The notes below the pieces were generated by a model. It was not told where the DNA came from. It did not search any database and was given only the letters and a program-made list of their open reading frames with translations. This document shows, one piece after another, positions 17,027-25,391 of a DNA stretch of 32,000 nucleotides. Made by a program: the position numbers and the translations under genes. The stretch spans positions 2,520,001 to 2,552,000 of the forward strand of contig NC_010655.1 of the NCBI RefSeq assembly GCF_000020225.1, given 5' to 3'. Each line of letters begins with the position of its first letter. Positions within the stretch are counted from its first letter, which is position 1. The DNA comes from Akkermansia muciniphila ATCC BAA-835. GTDB taxonomy: Bacteria; Verrucomicrobiota; Verrucomicrobiia; Verrucomicrobiales; Akkermansiaceae.

Positions 17027-18166
17027 ATGGCCGCACTCTGCAAATACTGGGCTTTCGCCTTCATTCTCTGCCAGCTTGGCCAGCAGCACATGCTCTTAAA
17101 CGGCATTGGCTCCATGGGGTCTTTTCTTCTTCTGGGGCTGGGAGCTCTGTTGCTGCTGATCAACTCCGGACGCGTATTTGACCGGAAGACGGTCTCATCA
17201 TCTCCTTTCATTTATTCCTTCGTCTTCATTTTCATCCTGTATCAATTCACATTCGGTATTTTTGACCTTAATGAGAAAACGGGAATTTATCTGATTGCCA
17301 AGGTCGTCTGCTGCCTGATGATTGCGCTTTCCGTCCAGAAGGACCTGTCATTCTATTTACAGCGCCTCATGCCGATTCTGTCGGTAGTCACCAGCCTGCT
17401 CATCCTTCTCGGTTTTGTTCACAACGACGTTATTTTTGAGGGCCGCCACACCCTGGGATTCTGCAACGCGAATGGGCTGGGAGCCATCTCCTCATTATGC
17501 GCAGGAGCCATGATTCTGGATTCTTCCGACCGCTCAAAGAAAAAAATCGCCATCATCCTTCTATGCGTCCTGGCCACCTTCCTCTCCGGAAGCCGGGCTT
17601 CCATAGGCATCCTCTGTTTGACCTTCGTCATCAAATACGGTCTGAACGCCAAATTTCTGGCAGTACTCCTGGCCGGAGTGCTCGCCTGGCAAATCATCCT
17701 GCCCATGGCGGGAATCTCTTCCACCGGCCTGAACCGGTTCACGGAATCCGTGGAAAATATGGATTTCTCATCCTCCCGGGAAGGCGAACGGAAAGCGACT
17801 CTCATCATGATCGCCGAATCCCCCATCCTGGGAAACGGCTTTGACGTGGAACAGAGCGAAAAAGCCAAGGCGGTAAGCGGCCTGGGGTCCCACAACGGCT
17901 ATCTTGACATCATGAAAATGATAGGCATTCCCTACTCTGTTTTCCTGTTTGCGTTCATGGCGTATTATACCTGCTCCGTCTGGCGGAAATTCCACAAATC
18001 CGCCTGCGATTATGACAGGATACACCTGTTCGTCATCATCTCCGTTCTAATCGCCGCCAACTTCGAATCATATCTATGGGGAATCAACCAGGTGGTCACC
18101 ACCCTGTTGTTCACCTCCTTCGCCGTATTGCAAAAACGCATGACAGACCTTAAACATGGAATCTGA
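17027..18166 (+). CDS. wzy: Wzy-type polysaccharide polymerase / O-antigen ligase-family membrane protein
   Basis: 379 aa and polytopic. It carries the Wzy_C-like signature (SGSRASIGILCL ... a loop with EGERKATL ... GLGSHNGYLDIMKMIGIP). GC content is lower than in the neighbouring genes. The start is uncertain. Confidence 0.75.
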   Translation: MAALCKYWAFAFILCQLGQQHMLLNGIGSMGSFLLLGLGALLLLINSGRVFDRKTVSSSPFIYSFVFIFILYQFTFGIFDLNEKTGIYLIAKVVCCLMIALSVQKDLSFYLQRLMPILSVVTSLLILLGFVHNDVIFEGRHTLGFCNANGLGAISSLCAGAMILDSSDRSKKKIAIILLCVLATFLSGSRASIGILCLTFVIKYGLNAKFLAVLLAGVLAWQIILPMAGISSTGLNRFTESVENMDFSSSREGERKATLIMIAESPILGNGFDVEQSEKAKAVSGLGSHNGYLDIMKMIGIPYSVFLFAFMAYYTCSVWRKFHKSACDYDRIHLFVIISVLIAANFESYLWGINQVVTTLLFTSFAVLQKRMTDLKHGI

Positions 18167-18986
18167 AAAAACATATTTCTACCCTGTCCTCTCGGATTAT
18201 GACTTCGGCTGGTTCCGTTTATCAGGACCGGGGCTTGCCAACTGCATGTTTGTGGCGGCTCGCGCCTACATACTCAGCAGACGGGAAAACGCAGGCTACA
18301 TTTCCCCCACCTGGACCAAACTCAGCCCGGGGACATTCCTTCGCCGGGAGAAAGATAAAAGAGTTTATTTCAAAATTTTCAATGAGCTGGGAATCAAAGG
18401 ATTAAAAAAAGTCCAACTGCTGCTTGCGGAAAAATTGCGCCCCGGTTCCGGGAAGGTGAAGCAAATCCGCGGCATGGGGGAATACTTTGACGACCTCAAT
18501 GAACACATGGATCTGGTGCATGAATTCATAGAAAAAATCACCAGGAAGGAAATCATTGAAAACGTGCGTCCGGAAGCCCTGAAGGACTGCATCGCCATTC
18601 ACGTGCGGCTGGGAGACTATTCTCCGGAGATGCGGGTGGATATCCTCTGGTACGTGAATCTCGTCAGGGAAATCCTGTCCATCAAGCCGTCCCAGCAATT
18701 CCTCATCTTTTCCGACGGCTCGGACGAAGAGCTTCGGGAACTGCTGGCCCTCCCCAACGTCAGGCGCGCGTTTTACGGCAACGCCTACGCGGATATGTAC
18801 GCCATCAGCAGGTGCAAATGGGTCATTGCTTCGGATTCCACATTCTCCGCCTGGGGAGCGTTCATAGGGGAACGCCCCATCCTGTTCAACAAAAGGCATT
18901 TCAAGCGGGTATACCGGAACAGCGTTCCGGAAGCCGTTCTGGGGGACAGCACCCGCATTCCGGATGAATTCAAGGCGCTGCTTTAA
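18156..18986 (+). CDS. GT11-like glycosyltransferase (alpha-1,2-fucosyltransferase-like)
   Basis: 276 aa. It has GPGLANCMFVAARAYI (compare GGLGNQMFQYA), IAIHVRLGDY (the HxRRGDY motif of the fucosyltransferase superfamily), FSDGSDEE and DMYAISRCKWVIASDSTFSAWGAF (compare the NSTFSWW block). Its start overlaps the wzy stop by 11 nt. Confidence 0.55.
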   Translation: MESEKTYFYPVLSDYDFGWFRLSGPGLANCMFVAARAYILSRRENAGYISPTWTKLSPGTFLRREKDKRVYFKIFNELGIKGLKKVQLLLAEKLRPGSGKVKQIRGMGEYFDDLNEHMDLVHEFIEKITRKEIIENVRPEALKDCIAIHVRLGDYSPEMRVDILWYVNLVREILSIKPSQQFLIFSDGSDEELRELLALPNVRRAFYGNAYADMYAISRCKWVIASDSTFSAWGAFIGERPILFNKRHFKRVYRNSVPEAVLGDSTRIPDEFKALL

Positions 18987-18988
18987 CT

Positions 18989-20032
18989 ATGAACAAGCAA
19001 TATGACTTCATCTACCTGACCAATACGCCTTCCTTTTACAAAGTAAGGCTTTGTGAGGAACTGGCGAAAAAACACTCCGTTCTCCTGGTTCTTTACGGCT
19101 ATGGGGCGGAAGCGGTCAATACCCAGCTCTCCGGCAATGAGGGAGGCTTTGACTACTTCTTTCTGCATGAGGGAGATGCGGGAAAAAGAAACAAGGCTCT
19201 TGTCCTGCTCAGGCTCCTGAAGCTGATGGCCCGGGTTCGGGCCCGCAGAGTGCTGTTCTCCGGCTGGATGGCGCCGGAATACAACATATACAGCTTTTTT
19301 TCCCCCAGGCGCCGCAATGCCGTCATTTGCGAATCGTCAGCCATTGATTCCGGCATGAGCGGCTGGAAAAGCCTGCTTAAAAAAGCCGTCATACGCCGCA
19401 TGAGCGCGGCGCTGCCTTCCGGTTCCCCCCACCGCGCCCTGTTTGAGCATATTCGTTATCCGGGAGACATCCATGTCACGGGCAGCGTAGGCATCTTTAA
19501 CATGGAAGGCCGCCGTGCCCTCCGCCATTCCCCGTCCGCTCCCCTGAACTACATTTACGTCGGGCGTCTCGCGCCGGAAAAGAATCTGGAACTGCTCATC
19601 AGGGAATTCAACTCCAATGGGCGGCCTCTGTCCATCGTGGGGGACGGCCCTCAAAAAGAACTTCTCAAAAACATGGCCAAGGATAATATCCGCTTTCTGG
19701 GCCACGTTCCCAACGACAGACTCCCGGAAATATACGGACGGCATGACGTGTTCATCCTCCCCTCCCGCTATGAGCCGTGGGGGCTGGTCGTGGAAGAGGC
19801 CCTCTTCCGGGGGCTGCCCGTCATCGCCAGCGACAAGGTGGGCAGCGCGGCCGACATGGTTGCCGCTCTGGAAACGGGCGCCGTCTTTTCCCTGTCCGCG
19901 CCGGACGGCCTGAGCAACGCCATTCATGAAGTTGAAAAGAATTATGAAACCATGGCGCGCCGCGTCGCGGACATCAACTGGAACAGCCGCGTGGAAACGC
20001 AGCTCAAGGCATACACCTCCCTTTTAGATTAA
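18989..20032 (+). CDS. Glycosyltransferase family 4
   Basis: 347 aa. Motifs: YVGRLAPEKNLELLI...IVGDGPQKELL...PSRYEPWGLVVEEALFRGLPVIAS. Confidence 0.9.
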   Translation: MNKQYDFIYLTNTPSFYKVRLCEELAKKHSVLLVLYGYGAEAVNTQLSGNEGGFDYFFLHEGDAGKRNKALVLLRLLKLMARVRARRVLFSGWMAPEYNIYSFFSPRRRNAVICESSAIDSGMSGWKSLLKKAVIRRMSAALPSGSPHRALFEHIRYPGDIHVTGSVGIFNMEGRRALRHSPSAPLNYIYVGRLAPEKNLELLIREFNSNGRPLSIVGDGPQKELLKNMAKDNIRFLGHVPNDRLPEIYGRHDVFILPSRYEPWGLVVEEALFRGLPVIASDKVGSAADMVAALETGAVFSLSAPDGLSNAIHEVEKNYETMARRVADINWNSRVETQLKAYTSLLD

Positions 20033-21171
20033 TGGCTCCCATATTACAAACCATCGCGTCCCTTGACTCCCGTTCGGGCGGCACCAGCACCTGCACTTAT
20101 GACCTGGTCAAAGCCCTGAACGCTTCCGGCATGCCCACGGACATCCTCACCCTCCAGCCCGGCTCCCCACAAGAACGGATGGTGGGAGAAGACAGCTTTA
20201 TCCATGCCTGCCCGTTTGACGCCCGCACCCCTCTCGCCGTCTCCCGGAACATACGCCGCTTTCTGGCCGGCTCCCGGTACCGCCTCTACCACACCAACGG
20301 CCTGTGGCTGGACGTCAACCACGCCACATGCGCGCACGCGCGCAAAACGGATGCCCCCTGCGTCGTTTCCCTGCACGGCATGCTGTACCCCCAGGCGCTG
20401 GAGCGCGGCGGCTGGAAAAAGAAACTCATGCTCGCCCTGGGACACCGGAAAGACATCTCCGGAGCCGCCTGCGTCCACGTCACCTGCGAAAAGGAAATGG
20501 AATACTACAGGGACATGGGCTTTTCCAACCCCGTGGCCGTCATCCCCAATCCGGTGCGGATCCCGGAATATCTTGCGGATATCAGGCGCCCCGGGCACGA
20601 GGGCTTCCGGGCCGGATTCCTGGGCAGACTCCATCCCATCAAAAATCTGGAGGCCCTGATCACGGCCTGGGGTCAGCTGCGCCTCCCGAACGCGGAGCTT
20701 CTGCTCATCGGTGACGGAGACCCGGAATACAAGGCCCGGCTGGAAGAACTGGTCCGGGAGGAAAACATTTCCAATATCTCCTTCACGGGCTTTGTTTCCG
20801 GAAGGCGGAAATATGAAATGCTCTCTTCCCTGGACGTCCTGTGCGCCCCCAGCCACCAGGAAAACTTTGGAATGAGCATTGCGGAGGCCCTGCTGGCGGG
20901 AACGCCCGTCATCGCCAGCCGGGGAACGCCGTGGGAAGCGCTGAACACCCGCCGGTGCGGCTGGTGGTGCGGCAACGATTCCTCTTCCCTGGCCGCAGCC
21001 CTGGAAAACGCCTTCAACCTCTCCCCGCAGGAAAGGCTCGCCATGGGAGACCGCGGACGCTCCCTCGTCATGGAAACCTGCGCCGCCCCCCACGCGGCCG
21101 ACCGCATGAAACGCCTGTACCGGTATCTGCTGGGGCAGGAAGCCAAACCGGAATTTGTCTATCTCCCATGA
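20032..21171 (+). CDS. Glycosyltransferase family 4
   Basis: 379 aa. Its start overlaps the upstream stop by 1 nt. Motifs: GGTSTCTYDLVKAL, FLGRLHPIKNLEALI...LIGDGDPEY...PSHQENFGMSIAEALLAGTPVIAS. Confidence 0.9.
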   Translation: MAPILQTIASLDSRSGGTSTCTYDLVKALNASGMPTDILTLQPGSPQERMVGEDSFIHACPFDARTPLAVSRNIRRFLAGSRYRLYHTNGLWLDVNHATCAHARKTDAPCVVSLHGMLYPQALERGGWKKKLMLALGHRKDISGAACVHVTCEKEMEYYRDMGFSNPVAVIPNPVRIPEYLADIRRPGHEGFRAGFLGRLHPIKNLEALITAWGQLRLPNAELLLIGDGDPEYKARLEELVREENISNISFTGFVSGRRKYEMLSSLDVLCAPSHQENFGMSIAEALLAGTPVIASRGTPWEALNTRRCGWWCGNDSSSLAAALENAFNLSPQERLAMGDRGRSLVMETCAAPHAADRMKRLYRYLLGQEAKPEFVYLP

Positions 21172-22343
21172 ACATCCTCTTTTTGCTCGGAAAATTCCCT
21201 TCCATAGGCGGCGTGGAAACCGTCACCGCCATTTTGGCGAATGAATTCTCCGCCCGGGGCCATGCGGTTCATGTGGTTTCCTTTGAACAGGTAACGGAAA
21301 AGCCCTCCCCAGCGCTGGACGAACGGGTCACGCTGCACCGGCTGAGCTACCCCGTTTCCAGCCGGTCCAACCGGAATGCCCTGCGGGACATCCTGGCCAC
21401 CTGCCGCATTGACGTCATCATCAACCAGTGGTGCCTGCCCTTCCACGTCACCAGGCTGTGCCGGAAAGCCATGAGGGGCCTGCCCTGCCGCCTGCTGGCC
21501 GTCCACCATAACGCCCCGGACTGCAACGCACGGCTGGAAGGCCTCAGGATGCGCATGGCCCGGACGGGAAACCCGGTGAACAGGGCGTCCCTGCGCCTTC
21601 TGCTGAAAGGCTGCGCCATGGCTACCGGGGCCAGCCTGCGTTACGTTTACGCCCACAGCGACCGTTACATCCTCCTTTCAGACAGTTTCCACCAGGCCTT
21701 CCGGAACATCACCGGACTGAAAGACACCGGAAAACTTCTGACGATTCCCAACCCCATTACCGTGGAAAACCCGGAATTCCGCTATGAACCGGGCCTCAAG
21801 AAAAAGGAGGTTCTTTTTGTCGGACGGCTGGAACCCAACCAGAAACGGGTCTCCCGCGTGCTGGAAACGTGGGCGCTGCTGGAACCCTGCTTCCCGGACT
21901 GGACTCTCCGCCTGGTGGGTGACGGGCCGGAAAAACGCTCCCTTCAGGAATTCTGCGAGGAACACCGCCTGAAGCACGTCTCCTTTGAAGGCTTCCAAAA
22001 TCCTGCCCCGTATTACGAACAGGCCTCCCTGCTCTTTTTAACCTCGGAATATGAAGGACTTCCTCTCGCTATGGTGGAAGCTATGTCCTTCGGCGTCTCC
22101 CCCATTGTTTACGGAAGCTTCTCCGCCGCCTATGACCTGGTGGACCACGGAAAAGACGGCTGCATCCTGCCCGCGGCCGGCGGTTTCCAGGCGCATCGGA
22201 TGGCGGAAATGGCCGCAGGGCTGATGCGGGAACCGGCCGCCCTGCGCGCCATGGCGAGGAACGCCATAGCCAAAAGCCGGAAATTCACGCGGGAACATAT
22301 CATTCCCCAGTGGGAAAAAGCTTTCCTCCCAGACGCCTCCTGA
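21168..22343 (+). CDS. Glycosyltransferase family 4
   Basis: Preferred ATG at 21168 (MNILFLLGKFPSIGGVETVT) makes an ATGA overlap with the upstream stop. The first 109 codons of track ORF 20841.. overlap the previous gene in another frame and look non-protein-like. Motifs: FVGRLEPNQKRVSRVL...LVGDGPEKRSL...TSEYEGLPLAMVEAMSFGVSPI. Confidence 0.9.
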   Translation: MNILFLLGKFPSIGGVETVTAILANEFSARGHAVHVVSFEQVTEKPSPALDERVTLHRLSYPVSSRSNRNALRDILATCRIDVIINQWCLPFHVTRLCRKAMRGLPCRLLAVHHNAPDCNARLEGLRMRMARTGNPVNRASLRLLLKGCAMATGASLRYVYAHSDRYILLSDSFHQAFRNITGLKDTGKLLTIPNPITVENPEFRYEPGLKKKEVLFVGRLEPNQKRVSRVLETWALLEPCFPDWTLRLVGDGPEKRSLQEFCEEHRLKHVSFEGFQNPAPYYEQASLLFLTSEYEGLPLAMVEAMSFGVSPIVYGSFSAAYDLVDHGKDGCILPAAGGFQAHRMAEMAAGLMREPAALRAMARNAIAKSRKFTREHIIPQWEKAFLPDAS

Positions 22344-22368
22344 ACACGCCTTCCCCCTTTCTCTCTAC

Positions 22369-23943
22369 ATGGAACAGACCCGGAAACAAACGGACATCGC
22401 ATTAACCATCAGCGGGAGGTTTGCCGCATCCTGCACCGTGGCCTATATGGCGCTCCCCACCCTCCTTTTCCTGCTGGGATGGGTCAGGCCCCTGTTTTCC
22501 ATTCCGGCCGCTGCGGCCGTAGCCGCGGCCTCCGTCCTGCTGAGCGCAACAATCCCGGCCCCCACGCTTCACCTGACCAGACGGCAGCTGGCCATTTACC
22601 TCTGTGCCCTCGCCCTTTCCCTCCTGTGGCTTCTGGCGGGCGGAATGACGGGAATCACTTCCCAGCACGCGGACTTTGTGGTCCGCAACCCCATTTATGA
22701 AACCCTCATCCGTTGCGACTGGCCGCTGGTGGACGCGGGAGACAGCCACTTCATTTACTACCTCGCCTTCTGGCTGCCACCGGCTCTGGCGTGCAAATGT
22801 TTCTCCTGTTCGGACATATTCATCATTAACTATGTCCTGACCGCCTGGACGGGGTTGGGCCTGGCGCTGACCCTCACGGTCCTCTGGAGCAGATTCCGCT
22901 CGGCCACCCTGCTCTTCCTGCTCCTGCTCATCTTCCAGGGCCCGCTGGACGGCATCGTCAGGTGGGGGCTTCATTTGCTCAATTTGCAGGGGCCCCTGGC
23001 CCACGAACTCTACCTGACGGTACTGGCTTTCTTCGGAGGCGTGCCCCCCACCATGCAGCTTCATTACACCTTTCATCACACCACGCTGCTGTGGCTGTTC
23101 CTGGCCATGGCGGTCTCCTGGAACATTCCGCCCAAATACCAGCTCTTCCTGGCCGCCCTGTGCCTGCTCGCCTCTCCCATCGGCTCGCTGGGCCTTCTGG
23201 TCTTCATCGCCGTCCGCACGCTGGTCCACCGTACTCCCGTCAGGCAATACTTCTCCTCCTGGACGGTGCTGGCGGGCGCCGCGCTGGTGCTGCTGGCCGG
23301 CATCTATTTTACAAGCAGCAACGGAAACAACCGCATCCGCCTGACGTGGCAGGACTCCCCCTTTGACCTGCTCCAGTACGGCAACTGGAAATTCTGGGGC
23401 GCCATGGCCGGCTCCTGGCTGCTGACGGTCGGCGTTCCGGCGGCGCTTCTGTTCCGCCGCTTCAAAAAAGACACCCTGCTCTGGTCAGCCCTGGTCATTC
23501 TCACGCTCACCTACTTCATTTACATAGGTTCCGTGGGCGGCTACAATGAATTCTGCTACAAGGCATCCAGCGTCAGCTTTTTCTGCCTGGCTCTCCTATT
23601 CACCCGCATCTTCGTGGAACGGGTGGGAACGCCCCGGTGGCGCAAACTGTGCGTCTGTTATCTGCTCCTGGCCGCACTCCCCAGCCTCTCCGTCTTCGCC
23701 AAGGCCGCACCCACACTCGCCTTGACGAAGCCTGCGCGGCTCGCCAACATGCAGCGGGAATGGAAGGGACATCTCCACCATCCGGAACATCCCTGGAACG
23801 CGCCCCTTTGGGGAGCCGGAGAAAGCGGAGCCTTCCGGAACATCTATTTCCAGAAGGCGGGCCAATCCGCTGAAGGGCCGCTGGCCGCCTTTTCCACCGG
23901 AATAAAAACAGACGCGGAACCAGCCGCCACACCCCGGCCATAA
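22369..23943 (+). CDS. Large polytopic membrane protein of unknown family (candidate second polymerase or GT-C-like glycan-modifying enzyme)
   Basis: 524 aa. By eye it has at least 10 hydrophobic segments and a hydrophilic tail of about 90 aa. I recognise no family motif. Calling it a CDS rests on its length, operon position and membrane-protein composition. Confidence 0.75.
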   Translation: MEQTRKQTDIALTISGRFAASCTVAYMALPTLLFLLGWVRPLFSIPAAAAVAAASVLLSATIPAPTLHLTRRQLAIYLCALALSLLWLLAGGMTGITSQHADFVVRNPIYETLIRCDWPLVDAGDSHFIYYLAFWLPPALACKCFSCSDIFIINYVLTAWTGLGLALTLTVLWSRFRSATLLFLLLLIFQGPLDGIVRWGLHLLNLQGPLAHELYLTVLAFFGGVPPTMQLHYTFHHTTLLWLFLAMAVSWNIPPKYQLFLAALCLLASPIGSLGLLVFIAVRTLVHRTPVRQYFSSWTVLAGAALVLLAGIYFTSSNGNNRIRLTWQDSPFDLLQYGNWKFWGAMAGSWLLTVGVPAALLFRRFKKDTLLWSALVILTLTYFIYIGSVGGYNEFCYKASSVSFFCLALLFTRIFVERVGTPRWRKLCVCYLLLAALPSLSVFAKAAPTLALTKPARLANMQREWKGHLHHPEHPWNAPLWGAGESGAFRNIYFQKAGQSAEGPLAAFSTGIKTDAEPAATPRP

Positions 23944-23976
23944 CCCCTCTTTCACCACTCACCCCCATCCCCAGCC

Positions 23977-24516
23977 ATGGATCTTTCCCGTTACCAGGAA
24001 CACTACTCCCTCAGCCACCGCCTCAAACGGTATGGCTGGTACATCGTCAACCGGACGCTCTTCCGGCTCATGGTCACCAACGCCATGAAAGTCCCCCGGA
24101 ACCTGCTGCTCCGCCTGTTCGGGGCAAACATACCGCTTGCCTCCCTCGTTTACCCCAGCAGCAATATCTGGGCGCCATGGAATCTCTCCGTAGGGGAATA
24201 CGCCTGCATCGGCCCTGATACAGAAATTTACAACAAGGCCCCCATCTCCATCGGAAACCACGCCGTCATTTCCCAGGGGGCCTTCCTCTGCACGGCCTCC
24301 CATGACATCTCGGATCCCGCCCACGCCCTCATCTCCGCCCCCATTACTGTGGAAGACCAGGCATGGGTGGCGGCGCAGGCCTTTGTGGGCATGGGGGTGA
24401 CGGTTGGCCGGGGAGCCGTGGTAGGAGCCCGCAGCGCCGTATTCAGGGATGTGGCCCCCTGGACGGTTGTGGGCGGGAACCCGGCCCGATTCATCAAACA
24501 ACGCACGCTCCGCTAA
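23977..24516 (+). CDS. Left-handed beta-helix (hexapeptide) O-acetyltransferase, WcaF-like
   Basis: 179 aa. It has the WcaF-type N-terminus (HRLKRYGWYIVNRTLFRL...PRNLLLRLFGANI) followed by hexapeptide repeats (IGNHAVISQGAFLCTASHD...AWVAAQAFVGMGVTVGRGAVVGARSAVFRDVAPWTVVGGNPARFI). Confidence 0.9.
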   Translation: MDLSRYQEHYSLSHRLKRYGWYIVNRTLFRLMVTNAMKVPRNLLLRLFGANIPLASLVYPSSNIWAPWNLSVGEYACIGPDTEIYNKAPISIGNHAVISQGAFLCTASHDISDPAHALISAPITVEDQAWVAAQAFVGMGVTVGRGAVVGARSAVFRDVAPWTVVGGNPARFIKQRTLR

Positions 24517-24519
24517 ACC

Positions 24520-25368
24520 ATGCTTGACCTCTCCGTTATCATCCTCGCCAGAAATGAGGAACTCCATATCCGCCGCTGTCTGGAAAACATTCTTCCCGTC
24601 GCTAAAGAAGTCTTTGTCATTGACTGTTTTTCCACAGACAACACCGCCGCCATCTGCCGGGAATACCCCAGGGTGCAGGTCATCCAGCATGAATGGCCCG
24701 GCCTGTACGCCCTCCAGTTCAACTGGGCTCTGGACAACTGCCCCATCACCGCAGAATGGGTGCTGAGGCTGGATGCGGACGAATGGTTCATGCCGGAAGC
24801 CCTGGAAGAACTGAAGGCAAAACTGCCCGCCCTTCCCCCGGACGTCACCGGAATCATCCACAAGCGCCGGCATATTTTCCTGGGCCGGTGGATGAAGCAC
24901 GGCGTTTACCCGGTCAAGCTGCTGCGCCTGTTCCGCTACGGAGCGGCCAGATGCGAACAGCGCCATATGGACGAACACATGGAACTCAGCCGGGGCCACT
25001 CCGTTGAATTCGAATATGACTTCGTGGATGAAAACCTGAATGACCTGGGCTGGTGGGCGCATAAGCACGTGGACTATTCCTCCCGGGAAGCGGCGGATAT
25101 TGAAGACATCCTCTCCTCCTCCGCGGCGGACTCCGGCATCGACGGCCAGGCAGGCAGAAAACGCGCCATGAAGGAACGCTACGCCCGCCAGCCGCTCTTC
25201 TGGCGTTCCTTCGCCTACTTCTGCTACCGTTACTTCCTGAAGCTGGGTTTTCTGGATGGCAGGGAAGGATTTTTATGGCATTTCATGCAGGGATGGTGGT
25301 ACAGGACCCTCGTGGATGCCCGGCAATTCGAGAAACAGAAAAAAGGCTCCGCCAACACGGTACGCTGA
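24520..25368 (+). CDS. Glycosyltransferase family 2
   Basis: 282 aa. Motifs: LSVIILARNEELHIRRCLENILPVAKEVFVIDCFSTDNT, RLDADEW, and a C-terminal GFLDGREGFLWHFMQGWWY typical of the KdtX/WaaE-like GT2 subgroup. Confidence 0.85.
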   Translation: MLDLSVIILARNEELHIRRCLENILPVAKEVFVIDCFSTDNTAAICREYPRVQVIQHEWPGLYALQFNWALDNCPITAEWVLRLDADEWFMPEALEELKAKLPALPPDVTGIIHKRRHIFLGRWMKHGVYPVKLLRLFRYGAARCEQRHMDEHMELSRGHSVEFEYDFVDENLNDLGWWAHKHVDYSSREAADIEDILSSSAADSGIDGQAGRKRAMKERYARQPLFWRSFAYFCYRYFLKLGFLDGREGFLWHFMQGWWYRTLVDARQFEKQKKGSANTVR

Positions 25369-25391
25369 CCCCATTACCCCGCTTTATCTCC

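Noticed and set aside
20841-21167. N-terminal extensions of track ORFs (20841-21167, 25275-25391, 10705-10803, 7539-7628, 15991-16020, 13613-13639, 3248-3301)
   Set aside because: These extensions overlap the preceding gene in another frame or give Arg/Pro-rich junk. Internal ATG codons produce canonical family N-termini, and in three cases classic ATGA start/stop coupling.
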